Notes under the pieces: model-generated
Told to the model about the DNA's origin: nothing
What the model saw: only the letters and a program-made list of their open reading frames with translations
Database searches by the model: none
In this document: piece after piece, positions 14,143 through 27,000 of the stretch
How the letters are laid out: the number at the start of each line of letters is the position of its first letter
Numbering within the stretch: the first letter of the stretch is position 1
DNA from: Trichosphaerium sp. ATCC 40318
Taxonomy: Eukaryota > Protista > Tubulinea
Reading direction: 5' to 3'
Assembly (NCBI GenBank): GCA_038496445.1
Contig: JALMLS010000612.1
Span: forward strand, 372,001-436,000
Length of the DNA: 64,000 bases
Translations under genes and position numbers: made by a program

Positions 14143-15025
14143 TAAACATCTTCTTTTACCTATCGAAAATATTGATAAACTTATCACAAGGGGTACATCG
14201 CTGCCACATCATAAAAATACCAATGTTTACTTTTAAAGGCTGATATAAGTCGAGATAAACGAGTGTTCAGATGTTTAAGTTCCTGTCTTACAGTCCTTTA
14301 TATACTCGGTTACAACCTGAAACGTAACAAGGTCAATGGTAGTATAAGACGCCGTTGTAAAGTAAAGAAAAAAGCGAACACTTGTGTAATATAGATAGCC
14401 AAAAAAAAGGTTTTGATGGAATAAGTTAGAAGTCTACAAGAACACAACTTGATTTCGATTTTCGCTTCGAAAGTATATGTTTAAGAAGACAAGTCCAAGA
14501 ACACCGACGCGACCTTTTTTTCCCACACGTGCTGAAACGGGTAACGTTTCAAAGGGTGTACACGGAAGCCTAAAGCTATTTTCAAACGTTGCACGCCAGA
14601 CGCGGAATTCTCAATATCTAGCACTGCTGATGACAATGGGTTGTTCTTTCACTACTTATACAAACCCTTGTACTATAGTGTTCTGGGGAAGATTGATTCC
14701 ATACTTCTTTGGCGAAGAAGTCAAATTCATACTTATTTGTTTGTCGAGTGTAGCTACAAGATTTGCAGCAGTTTTAAGTTTTTTATCCTACAAGTTAATT
14801 TAAACTGAAGCAGTAATATCACGTGGCAGTGCCTGAACCGACACCAAGCAACAAAGTATGGAATCACTTGCACATAAGAAGGCTGCGATGATTCTTAGTG
14901 TCACCACTCTTTAGTTTGCTTAACCAAGCAAAATCCTTTGGTTTTTTTTGTTGGTTTGTCATGTCATTTCTTTTCTGAAAGTTTTCAACGGCAGCTCGAA
15001 CATCAAGCTGTTCACCTTCTCCGTA

Positions 15026-16024
15026 ATGGCAAATGAGATACCTACATTAACAATACAGGGCATTCCAGAAGAATATACTGTGCTAGTACTGAGCATATGT
15101 TTTCTATGTATAATTAGAGCGTTAAGAAGTGTTTTAAACGCCTTTACGGTTGTACGGTTTTTTTTTGATACTCCGTTGTACAATGTTACCATTAAAGCAT
15201 TGCCTCATGAGTTTTAAGCGATTTGCAATCGCTAGCGGACTCTCTGAAGACAAAGCAGCTCTATTTGGCGACAAAGCTTTTAATTTTGTAGTACACCTTC
15301 TGTACTTGATGATAATAGCGTATATATGCGTAAAAGCAGATTACTTTTGGACGCCATCTCTCTCTTTTGATGTATCATTGAAAACAAGGTGCCAAACAAA
15401 CTTCAAAATTTTGGTTTTTTCTGACATTGTTAAAACAGCCAACTCGAACGACTTGTATTACTTTCCAAAGCAGTTACCTTTATTGAAAGCATGGTTTGGT
15501 CATCTAGGGGAGGTCCTCACTCAGAAGATTTCATAATGATATGTCATCACGTGTTGTCAGTGCTTATGTTGCTCATTGCTTTCGCAACCAAGCACGTGCG
15601 TTCAAAGTTGATTTTTTTATTAAGTTGGTGTTTAGTTACGTACACATTGCTATGCTAGTTTTACTTGCACATGGTATTTCTGATCCTTTTCTACATGCTG
15701 GGAGACTTGCTGAGTATATGGGATTCAAGAAAATTCGTGTACTTGTATTCTCTTTCTTTGCTTTAACTTTCATTTTTGGAAGACTTGTTTATTTACCTTT
15801 TTGGTTGCTATATGCTGCATTGTACGTTACAATCATTTTTGTGCTTGATGAAGTGTAAATTAACATTTTTATCTAGTATGACTTCTCAGAATATCAAAGA
15901 CACTAGGTTATACATTGCGCATATGGCTGCTACAATAATGCTATTGATTCTTCAATTTATACACATCTTTTGGTTCTATAAGATAATAAAAATAGCAACT
16001 AAGAAGAAGGAGAGGCAACAGTAA
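15026..16024 (+). CDS. TLC (TRAM/LAG1/CLN8) domain protein, ceramide-synthase-like
   Basis: Multiple TM segments; DFIMICHHV...LLAHGISDPFL Lag1-like motif; FIFGRL; LQFIHIFWFYKIIK. Confidence 0.8.
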
Positions 16025-16801
16025 ATATATCCCTAACGTTAGCTAGAGAGATTTGTGAATAAATAGTAAACAAAAACAAAAGATGTATGTTAATGGGAGT
16101 GGTAAGACCTGGAAGTTTTTAAAATGTAAAGGAAGTATGATGCAAGTGCTTTTTCTCCCACAATGAATGAAGATGTGGAACATTTCAAGCGTTTGGTTGG
16201 ACTGAGGATACAATAGGCAACAACGACGATGGCGAGTAAAACATCCCTAAAATCCATTTTTCTCTGTAAATCGTTTTTTCCTTCATACACATTTGCAATT
16301 CACAAACTCTTCTTAATGTAGAATATATCTTTGGTGTAGCTATGCTACACCAAAGACTACGTGTCTTTCCTTCCAAGTAAACGGTGAAGCATGGAGATGT
16401 ATAAGAACTAAGGATACATAGTTTTTATGTTAATGATAAGAAAGACAATCAACACGTGAAAACATAACCATTCACTCCTTGTGACGGAGAGATAACAAGT
16501 GAACACGTGTTTGGCCTGAATCAGTACAAACCAAAGAGACCAACCAATCAGACGTTCTACCCCTTGTAAGAAGAAAGGAGATGGGGAGCAAAGCTGGTGG
16601 CTGGCTAATCGATTCGACGGGTTTTATTTATCAATAGTAAGTATCTTATTGTAGAGAATGTAGATAGTATACAGCACATGATGGTTTTAAGGGCACTAAA
16701 CACGCTTTATTGTGATGTATCTAATAAGAGGCTGTTGTATAAGGTTATGTAGTATGGTTGCTTTTGCCCAAACAACTTGTATTATTTTGACTATTCTGTA
16801 G

Positions 16802-17262
16802 CGCAGTAGGGTACCTCTACAGACGTACAAAAACACTACGTTTGCTTTGGAAATACCGTTTGTTCGTGTTGGATGCTTATGCACTTGCAGTTTTTATGGC
16901 GCGTATTACATCATGAGACATACCTTAACTTGTTGACAGCCAGAAGACCAACCACTCTACACCATACCATTGCAAACAATTTTAAGTGTTAAACTTGAAG
17001 ATGGTCTAAATGAACGTACAAGGTTTGTATGGTCTTTTAGATACACATGGGAAGGCAGTGAAAGGGTACAATATTGTTGTAACAAAAGTCGTGAAGAGGT
17101 AGAGTGTCTATGTTTCCGATAATTAATTCGAAATCATTGTGACAGTTTTGGTAGCTAACTTTGAACTTCTAGAGACAAGAGTGGGTAGAACATATGAGAG
17201 AAGCAATATCACTTTGTCGCATTTGTACAAACTACAAGAAAGACAAAAAACAAAAGACTTAA
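16802..17262 (+). CDS. PH-domain protein (3' exons; 5' part uncertain, possibly from ~16230); absent from the ORF track
   Basis: Spliced translation GYLYRRTKTLRLLWKYRLFVLD...PLYTIPL...SREERQEWVEHMREAI is a typical PH fold; introns 16899-16939 (GC-AG) and ~17099-17172. Confidence 0.75.
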
Positions 17263-17359
17263 ACTTCTAGCTTTGTAGTGACCATTACTTGTGCAATGAA
17301 TTGTTAATTTTGGTTTATTAAGTACATTAAAGAGGTCACCGACACAATTATAAATTAAA

Positions 17360-18274
17360 TTACTCAAAATCTATATTGAGTAAAGCCGCAGCCAGAGAGT
17401 AGCCATGTCCAAAAGCTTGCTCAGGACTGTTCATTAGAGCTTTAAGATTTTCTTCATTTGCTTCAATAGAACCGTTTTCAACCTTGTTGTAAGGCGCCTT
17501 ATCAGCGTATTTAGGTCCGTCAACTTCATTGATTTGAATATTCTCTCCTTTGGCCAGTCTTTCTTTAATCTTAGCGAATGCCTTTGTGCCTACAGCTATT
17601 TCTCTGTACTTTGGATAATACACTAATTTTCTTGATTGTATGTAATCTTTTACGATTTTATAGTTATCCTTATCACCTATAACTACGCCTATTGCATTTT
17701 TTAGACGTACAGATGGAATCTATACACTGTTACCTATTGTTTTTGAATGATTTTTGTATCCTACAGGGTATCGAATCCATCTCTAAAATCAATAGTTTGA
17801 AAAAAAAAAAGAAGAAAAAAAAATCATGTACTTCAGAGCCCCAACCAGCTGCTCTCCATGCCCAGTAATCATCTAAAACAACCTCTTGATCATCGTCAAG
17901 GTGTTTAGTTTCTGGCCACTAAAAGACTGTGAATGATTTCGAATCACGTGATATTGGACAAAGCGAATACGTACTTCCCATCTTATTCGTCCATCAAATC
18001 GAGACAAACGCTGCTTTTGTGCTTTTAAAGTATTAGGCCATATCTTTGATAGCTGCCAGTAATTCTCCATAATAATTCCTTCTTTGTCTTTCATTTGATA
18101 AGGAGATAAAGCTCCTGTAGTATGTATTAAGATGTTTGTGTATCCGTCAGTTGAAGGCTGCTTCTTTGATTTATAATCATATTTCCCAACCCGTATTTTG
18201 CCTCTATGGCTTGTTTTGAGTTTTTTAACTGCAGTCTTAGTGTTATCTACACTACGCTTCCGTTTAAGCGCCAT
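17360..18274 (-). CDS. Uncharacterised protein resembling a giant-virus/bacterial (DUF6939-like) family, 4 exons
   Basis: ENYWQLSKIW, YWAWR, IRYPVG, DYIQSRKLVYYPKY, EVDGP and FGHGYSLA motifs; N-terminal NLS-like KRKR..KKLK. Confidence 0.65.
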
Positions 18275-18553
18275 TCTGTCGCTGTTAAAGATAAAATTAG
18301 TTGTTAACTTTTCTTGTTTGTGTTTTTTACGTTGTATGCCCTGAAATCACCGTATATACGGTAATATAAGCACGGGCTGTTAAAGAAATTTCAAAACAGT
18401 TTATAAAGCGCTTACCCAGTAATTGATTAAACTAATACTTGTTCAACGATTTTACCTTACGCAGAGCGATGCTGATTTCGCCAGATCAGAGAACTAAAAT
18501 TGCGTTAAGCGAAGATTGACGCATTCTTAACCAAACTAACCTAAACCATCACA

Positions 18554-20233
18554 ATGTTTGTTGGTCATGGTGGTAATAAGGGTACAACCCGTGGAGGTCG
18601 TGATCGTAAGTGAAACAGCAATGCTTAATTTTTTTTTCTCTCCTTTTGTTCGTATTTTGTTAACGTCGATATTAGAGTTCAAGTGGGAGGATGTGAAGCT
18701 AGATAAATATAAAGAAAATTATTTGGGCCATTCTATACAAACAAACGATAGAAGGACCTTCAACAATCCTAATCCTACTAATTTGTGGTACGTTCGAGAT
18801 GCCGAACGTGTAACATTGGGAGGAGCCGTAAAAACAAGGGAGGAGATGCGAAGAGAAATAGCTATGCTAAAGGTATGCTCAACACCCAAAAAGAATCGCC
18901 CTAAATTAAGTTTTACTAAAACGTTTCGATTTAGCACGACGAGGAGGTCGCACAGTACCGAGAGCTTGGTGTATTAGAAAAACAACGCGAGAATAACGTT
19001 CCGCTTGACAAAGAAGGTTTTTTAATGTACGTCAAGGCCAAAAACAAAAAAATGACATTTTGACACTTTGACTTTTTCTCAACGTTTATTTACTTTATAC
19101 ATGTACTATAATTCGCAACAAGTACTGATAAAAATATATGGTTGCATAATAATTGTTATGAGAAGGAGTCCTTCAAAATTTTTTTTCTCTTTTCTTGCTT
19201 TTGATAATATAATGTTCGCATGTCTTTAATGCTTACTCTTTGGGTTACAGGTTGACGAGAAGGGGTGAAACGGATCATGAACTGTATGCACCTGGGTCCG
19301 TACAACAATCAGGATTGGGTTTTGGTGAAGAGAGAAGACATAAGCATTTGGAGAGTCTTAGAAAGCTTAAAGAAAAAACTGCTAAGCTAGATGGCACAGG
19401 TGCTGAAGAATCAAGGAGCATGGTTCCAGTTATAGGTACATAATTATCAACTGTTTTTTTACCGCTTGCGTAACAATACACAATGAAAATCACGTGTTAC
19501 TTGATGAGCTATGTTTCGTTGTTTTTTTCTAAGTAATTTGTTTGTAGACTCTTCAGTACCTTTGAGGAAGAGAGACTCTTTTAAGAAGCTAAGAAAAGAT
19601 AAAAAAGATAAAAAACATAAAAAACATAAGAGAGATAAAAAGCATAAGAAGAAAAAGAGAAAACGTGATGCTGATGACAGCGACGATGATAGACGTGGGT
19701 CAAAACGTTCAAGGTAATAGGCAAACTTTTTCTTTACAGACAATGCTAACTGGTCTCTATCAAGGCAGCGGTGGAGCGATGAAGACTCTGATTCTGTAGA
19801 TTTAGAAAAACTCAGAAGAAAGCTTAAAGTTAAGATGGAGAAAAAGTTAAATATTGAAAGAGACTATGGAGAGTTTGTTGAGAATCCATTTGATAAGAAA
19901 ATAAAAAAAGAGCCAACAGAGGCTTCTGATAGTGGTAGAGATGATGATAGGCGCTCATCTAGGTATAACAATGACAGGCGGGGTAGAGATGATAGGCGTA
20001 GTAGAGAAGAGGATAGAGATAGACGTGTTGGTGAGAGGAATCGCGCTAGGGATCTTGGTTCCAGTAAAGGCAGCAATAGAAGCCGTAGTCGCGACAGAAA
20101 TAGAAGGAGAGATAGCGGTAGACGTAGGGATAGATCACCTGATAGATCTAGAGATGGTGGTAGGGATAGAAGAGATCGTAGTCGCGATAGACGTGATGAT
20201 AGAAGACGTGGGGGAAGCCGTGATCGTAGATAA
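18554..20233 (+). CDS. MMTAG2: Multiple myeloma tumour-associated protein 2 homologue (MMtag domain plus K-rich and RS/RD-rich tail)
   Basis: [26 protein letters not shown] after splicing; KKHK tract; RD/RS repeats 19940-20230. Confidence 0.85.
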
Positions 20234-20470
20234 CACGGTTTCAAATACTTGTAATAAAGAATTTCAATATGACTATCCTCCTGTATTTTTGCTTTTAAAC
20301 GTGGGTTGTATGTACCATACCACATCGAGGGCGTTAATCTTATTAATACAGATAACTACGAATAAAAGAACTACGACAACAGAAGCTTTTTGGTGACTCA
20401 AAGAAGCGCTTAGTATCTATCCTGTAAGGCATGCGTGTCTGAGAGTGTCAGTTTTATTTATGCGATCGGT

Positions 20471-20880
20471 TTAAGCTTTACTTGGCTGCTTTTTCTTGCT
20501 TTTCTACGGCATTCTTTAACAAACGCTTGTAAAGTACCAAAAACTCATCTTCGTCCATTTGGCCGTTCTGGTCCTTGTCGTGTTGGTCCCAGGTCATCGA
20601 AACGTATACTAATATTAACGTTAGCGCTACTTTTACTTATGACGCTTACGATCTACCATTCCCTTGTTTTCAAAGACGTTGAGCTCTATTTTAAATTAAT
20701 TAACGCCAAAATTAAAAGTAAGCTGTATCAGCACCTTCAATCATAGCAGCAAACTCTTTGCCATCTACGGAGCCGCTTGAGTCTTTATCGTACTTTTTAA
20801 AGATCTACGGAGCTCTTAGAATACCGTAAACATCGTATACATACCTCCTTTGCTTTATCGATATCTGCTTGTGTTGACAT
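20471..20880 (-). CDS. Small two-EF-hand calcium-binding protein, 4 exons; absent from the ORF track
   Basis: Spliced: MSTQADIDKAKEIFKKYDKDSSGSVDGKEF...DQHDKDQNGQMDEDEFL...KQPSKA*; two canonical 12-residue loops. Confidence 0.85.
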
Positions 20881-21419
20881 GGTGTTGACGCTATATTCTG
20901 CTACGTACTTAAAGAACTTGACTTAGCAGTTCCAAAAGGCGATAGTTTTGTGCAACAATGCTCTTTGCAATCCCGACTGCTACGTCCACTTGGTGGCATT
21001 ATTTGGTTTACTACCAAAGATATTGCAAACACGTGTTAGTGAACGCTAATTATACAGAAACCATTCAAGTACTCCTTTATTGTATTAGTCATTAAAGCAT
21101 GCTGCGATTACCCATACTCACAAGAAACTATAGTCGTACTAAGTACGAGTTAGATGAACACTCTGTATGATAGTTGCTTGCCATCAGTTATCTGTGCTTG
21201 CCAGTATCTGGTAATCTAAGGAGTGCGAGGTTGGTCAGCAAAGTTCCTCAAACGCCTGGAATTCGTAAGAATGTACACACTATTTTCCTGCTCAAAGGCA
21301 TTCTTTGCAATGAAATAAGGACGTTGCAGCATAACAAACAGTGATATTAGGTAGATTTTATTGCCCGACAGAACTTGTTCTCGAACTACACCGAATGTAA
21401 CACTGTTTGTTCCTTCTGT

Positions 21420-21562
21420 GCCCGACTCAAGAGCTAGTTTTTCGAGCATATCAGAAACAAAAGAGTTCATGATAGCCATAGCTTTATTTGAGATGCCGAT
21501 TTCGGGATGCTTACTTCAACACGTGAATATACAAGTAGTTTTTACGCCTCTGGCGCTTGAGT
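21420..21562 (-). pseudogene. Histone H2B pseudogene fragment
   Basis: [15 protein letters not shown] then a frameshift to [29 protein letters not shown]; the C-terminal helices are lost or degenerate. Confidence 0.75.
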
Positions 21563-21731
21563 CCTTTCGAGACACCAGTAGGTGCTGTGTTAGTCCTGGC
21601 GCAATCTAGTTTGGCATTGACGCAATTGGTGTTTAGATTTGTTGATGATGTTCAGACGGTTGGCTTAGAAGTGGATAGTTGTGACCCTCAAATTACTAAC
21701 TAAAAGTGAATGTGGGTTTTATTTGTTTACT

Positions 21732-22906
21732 TTATTTTTCGCTTCTTTGGTATTTGTAAGGAATATATATAATATAATACTCCACAAACATATTACATAG
21801 AACAAAGCTTAACCAATTACCCAGTGCAAAGGCATTATCCCAATTTTTCATCCAGTTCTTGTGATCCTACAACATCAATTCATACAACAGAGGCTACAGA
21901 CAATTCCAAAAATAGGTACCTTGACGGGCGGCAGGAAAGATAATGAAGTGGTAAAAATTATGCGCTGAAAAAGGACAAACACTGAACAGGCAAGGGATCT
22001 CAGATTCCATGCTCTATGTTCTGAAAATCTCTTGTTTTTTGCAGCTATGTATGAATTGTATATCGCATACAAAAACAAACTTCCATTCAGTATTGCCACT
22101 ACTGGAACATGAATATCATGCGCTGTATCAACACCCAAATATATTCCTGTAATAATCAAGTACAAACTTAAAATGTAGTACAAATCTCCATAATTAAGGA
22201 ACAAAACACACAATTTAATGATGGTAGATAAAAAATTTGCAAGCATGGTTTACCTTTACACTCTTATTCTAACCCGCCACCAACAAATACAAAGATTCTA
22301 AATAGTATTTGCTTTATGGTAGGACTAGAAAGAAGTGAAGAGACCTGAACCAGCACAATTAAGAAAACCCAACAAAGGATACATCCAAATACTCTATGTA
22401 TTGTTGGAAAGCTGTTTCGTATGGTTGTAGAAAACTGAAACGGTACAATCAAACCTTAAACAAGACTTTAGCTATCTCTACATATTTTTCATCAATCATA
22501 ACACGCACCGTATAAGGTAGATAGATGCACATGAGATTCAACAACAAATGAGATCGGATACTTTACGTGGTGAGCCATTCTTGCTTCCCAAACGTGAGCT
22601 GAAAACACTTCCCTGTAAAACTATTAAAAAAACCTATTCTGACATACTACGCACAGGTCAATATCGGAATAGTTGTGTATACCAATAGCTTTCAAAGCGT
22701 TCTAAGTAGATGTTTAGCATGCTATCTGTTTAGGATATCCTAAACCCAGTACTTCCTTATGATAATGATAACAAAGGTTGTTATGTTACCTTGTTTAAGT
22801 CTTTAAGGGTAAAGTAGTCACCAGTGGCGTAACGGTATGTATTCGTTACTGTCCAACAAGCAAACGTTACCAACCCCACCATTGTTAATATTCGTACAAG
22901 CTTCAT
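21732..22906 (-). CDS. DUF2306-like multi-pass membrane protein, with a U12-type intron
   Basis: H..LIVPFQF..IR..FPTIHRVFGYLY (after removing intron 22186-22382) and HRAWNLRS motifs. Confidence 0.75.
22186..22382 (-). other. U12-type GT-AG intron
   Basis: Donor GTATCCTTT; branch TTCCTTAAT close to the acceptor; removal gives the HRVFGYLY motif. Confidence 0.82.
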
Positions 22907-23354
22907 TGTGTAAGCACGAAATGCTGTATAACGTTTGATGAACTTATTTTTATGCTTTGACACGAGGTATTTTATCAATTTTATCCAATGCTACAGCTAA
23001 AAAAACATCGCGTGACTCAAATATGATCAAATGGCGCGTAATTATATTTTCTGGCGTTACAAGCTATTGTTGTCGAGGCTATTTTCTGGAATTGCCAGGG
23101 ATTATGGTTAATTTGTTTCACCGCACACTTTCATTTTTCAATTCTTGTTTTTATATTTTTCTCGAACTTAGGCATGCTTCTAATCAACCTACTATAATTT
23201 GTCTAATTGTTTTTCTCTGCATTGATTTTTTCTCGATTGTAGTTATCTCATTCCGCCAGCTAAAACAGTTTGTCATTGTACACTTTATTCTTTTTTGAAT
23301 ATACATTTTGTTATTACTTTGCATCATCACACTGATCAGCATCATTACGTGTTG

Positions 23355-25641
23355 CTACTTTGCGTGTCCAGTCATATCATACATAGCTCTTTTGTCCTTA
23401 TTACGAAGTACTTGGTACGCTCTAAACACAGTCAAACCTCTTTGTCAAAAAACAAAAAAAAAGTCCAATTATATGAACTCAAACGTACGAGTTTATCCTT
23501 TTAAATACTTCTGTCTTCTTCTTCTTCTCTGCAGGATCTTGGAACATATCAGGGTGATGCCTAAAATAGTTATACTATACTATCAAACATGAACTTCAAA
23601 AAATTCAAACATACTTCATGGCTTCTTTCCTGAAAGCAGCTTGAAGCTGTTTTGTAGTTATAGCTTGCTTGTTGTATGGATCAAGTCCTAAGCAATCCAA
23701 TCATTAGATAGAAGAGTAAGTAGATAATATTTCTAACCTAATATCTTATAAAAGCCCTTAGGATCAGCAGCTGGTCCAACATCTGCAGAAGCACTATTAT
23801 AACCAGCAGAAGAAGAACTACTGCGTCCGCCTTGTCCGCCAAAATCACGTCTATTTTGATTTGTACTGTATTTATGATACTCCTCGTATTGTTTCCTGTA
23901 TCTTCTCTTCCGCTTACTATTCTCATAGCTCCTAATCAAACAGTCATGTAAAAAACAGGAAAAACAATACAGAAAACCAAGGAACACAACAAAATGGCCA
24001 GTTGTCTTTGGTTTTTGTGATAAGGTTGAAAGAATACTGATATTGTACCATTGTCGTTCTCGGCCTTCAGTATAGTCCATTCTGTCTGATTTATGCCAAT
24101 CAGCTGTTGAGTCTTCAAATTCACCTCCAGAATGAGCATACTTATCCTTAGAGTAGTCACCTTGTCTTTGCATCTCTCGGTGACCAGCTGAAAGCATAGG
24201 ATACAATATAACAAACATAGCTATGAAATGTATTAGCAATCTAACCTTTTAAAACAGACTGTAGCTATCAAAATAAAAATTGATTTGTACCAACGATTGG
24301 GGAGAAAATAACAGATAGAGGTCCCAAGAAAGGGAACAGGGCTAAAGCGCTTATAAAATAAGCCTTGAAAAAGGAATTGTGGCGTTCACCTATCAAGAAA
24401 ACAAACAGTTAGTAAAACCATAAAAATTAACTTATTTTGAGATTTCTGTACTAGATACAAATCCTGTTACACCGCCAACAACAGCTTGATAATTTGCAAA
24501 TCCTTCTACACCAAAACCAGGGAATTCAATAATATAGCAAGGAAGGTAAACCTTTAGTGTTCTTAAAACTTGAACTTTGACGCGGACATTAATATCAATG
24601 TATCCATTAGCCACTTTATATGCTCTCTTGCGTTGATCTTCTCTTATAGTATCCTATAAATATAATTAAATAATCATGGCTTCATAATCTTGTCAAACAA
24701 AGTGACGAAAATGAAAGAAAAAAGAAAAATGATTTGTATCATTTTGACACATTGCGTGTCAAAAAACAAAATCTTATTTCTCTTACGTTTAGAAGCTGTA
24801 CTGCAAGATTCTTATGCATAGTAAAAGGATCAATGTATCTATCACCATGTAAATCTGAAGGTTGAAATTCTCTAGCATTTCTAACATGAGACCCTGAACG
24901 AAAAGAGAACAAAGTCAGTTAACTAGAAATAATTTTTTTGGTTGAATGGAATTTATCTTGCTTTCGGCGGTTGGTTTATTCATTGGATCAAGGAAGTGCA
25001 CTGTTTGGCATGGAAGAGCCAAAGAAAAGAAATTGGTGTTTTTGACAAAAGAAAAACGCTAATCGGCAACACGTACCATGTACAGCCATAACATGATGTC
25101 TGGGATACTTTGTTGACGCGTATACTTGTGCTGGCATATCTGCATGGTCGTATATCATGTTATTTGTAAAGTTTTCGTAAATCACACGATCTAGCGCTTT
25201 ATTAGCATTATATAGTGTACTTTGGTCGTATCATTGCAACGGAGAAATGTGGTTAAGAGTTTGCAAGTGTCAAAGTTACGCACCTCCGGATAGCACATCA
25301 CAGCGTAGGAGGCGAGCTTTGAATGTATAAAAAGGCAAATATACCGCTTGCACTGAAGAAATCTTACACCTATGCTGTTGTTACTTCTAATTGGTTTTTT
25401 ACTCATATTTCTGCGCCGTACGGCAATATTGGCGAAAGTAATGAGCTTGTACGCCAATTAATAAATGCTTCCTTAGCATGTTGCTCTGAGCCACAGAAAG
25501 GCACCTGGAAGTTTTAATTGATATTGTAACTGAATTCTACTCTAAACGTACAACTTTAGCGCGTATTGAGCAATTACGCTTAGGTACAGTTACCACGGCG
25601 CTAAACCGAACATGTAGTACTCTACTGACTTTATATAACAT
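23355..25641 (-). CDS. DnaJ-family protein with C-terminal J domain, TM segments and a probable mitochondrial presequence (start approximate)
   Basis: DPKGFYKILG...AFRKEAMKYHPD...FKRI..AYQVLRNKDKRAMYD; N-terminal VPF..AKEAFINW / VYLPFYTF region. Confidence 0.8.
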
Positions 25642-26027
25642 AACTCCACGGCATAAGAGGCTTCGTGAAAGGATAGTCTATTTTCACAACTGTTTTTGTG
25701 ATCAAATAGCTTAAAATATGGCAACACACGTCATTTGACACTTAACATATGTGCCATTCTTAGATTTTGTGCCTTAGTTCTTAGAGCTCTTTGTCGGTCA
25801 CCTATCTCCTATCTCCTTGCTTGCGTTTTCTTTTACAAAAAGACGCACTAAACAACTCACTGGAGTTGTTTTGTTTCCGAACTGGATAGGATACCTTTTT
25901 GCTTCAGAACTTTCGGATAATTTTTTCGTTCTGAGAACAAAGGATTGAGTATTCCGTTGATTCTATTGTTTAAGCGGTTCGTTTGAAAGGTATCATAGAC
26001 AGAAACATAATCCTTTATTGGGTGACA

Positions 26028-26926
26028 TTACTTTATATCCTTGAACGACTCAAGCGCTGTCAATCCTTGAAGTGAAAATAATTAGAAGTGAAACTAATTT
26101 GTTGCGAAGTAAGTTTTGAAGAATGACGTACTACGTTTGAACTCAATGACTTTTTCAGGCTTCATCTTTTTCTTTAGTAACCCTTCTATGCGCGTTACCT
26201 CTTTCTTTACAAACTCAGGACCTTTATCTATTATCCTTCTCATTGTTACAAGAAATGTTTTTGCCATCAACTGGTCACCAAGTTCATGTTTATCAACGAA
26301 ACGTTTTGCCTTCTTAAGGATACCTTCACGGTTACCACTTCTAAACGATTCAACCATTTTAATCAACTCTCGAAGCTTTGGCATGACACTAAAGTGAGTG
26401 TACTACAACAAATTGTATTAGTTTTTCGAGCAACTTACTCTTCGCATACTAACTCACCTCAATTAGAAGTTGTGGTTCAGTTGTAGATAGTTTCTGTGGC
26501 TTCGGTTCCTTATCCTTTGTATAAAAGAATACTGTAGGTTCTGTATCACTTTCCAAGTCGAAAGTTTTTTTAACAAACTCCTTGTTATCATTTGCTGATA
26601 TAATAGCTACAATGATATCACCGTTTGATTTAAACTCCTTAGCGACATCTTCATATCCCTACAGTAGAGTTATGTTAAAAACAACCATAAGATAAAAAAA
26701 ACAGATGTCCACGTGATAGAACGTACGTCTGTGCATTTCCACGTGTATTCGGCGACTTGTACTAAAACGTTGCGACTACCGTCTACAATCTTTCCAAACG
26801 CTAATGAGGTTAGTCACGAGGCGTATAAGGTAGTTTCGTAATACTGTCTTCGTCCAGCTCAATTACTCCCTTCTTTAGAGCAATAGTAACTGAGAGGATT
26901 GTAATAAGAACAAAAAGGAGCTTCAT
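26028..26926 (-). CDS. ERp29-like ER protein (redox-inactive thioredoxin fold plus ERp29 C-terminal helical domain)
   Basis: Signal peptide; GVIELDEDTFGKIVDGSRNVLV with no CxxC; KGPEFVKKEVTRIEGLL helical domain. Confidence 0.75.
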
Positions 26927-27000
26927 GGTCTGCACGTGACGTCACCAAGATATAACTTAAAACTAGTGCACAAAACGTTAAGTTTTTTTGCTAGATTGAG

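Noticed and set aside
18485-18520. U6-like words (CAGAGAA, ACTAAAATTG, GAAGATT)
   Set aside because: Order and spacing do not match U6; the catalytic stem-loop is absent
19864-20396. Long antisense and alternative-frame ORFs (153-154 aa)
   Set aside because: Shadows of the low-complexity RD/RS tail of the MMTAG2 homologue
22957-23592. Plus-strand hydrophobic ORFs
   Set aside because: Antisense to the DnaJ 3' end and A-rich spacer; non-ATG starts and no motifs
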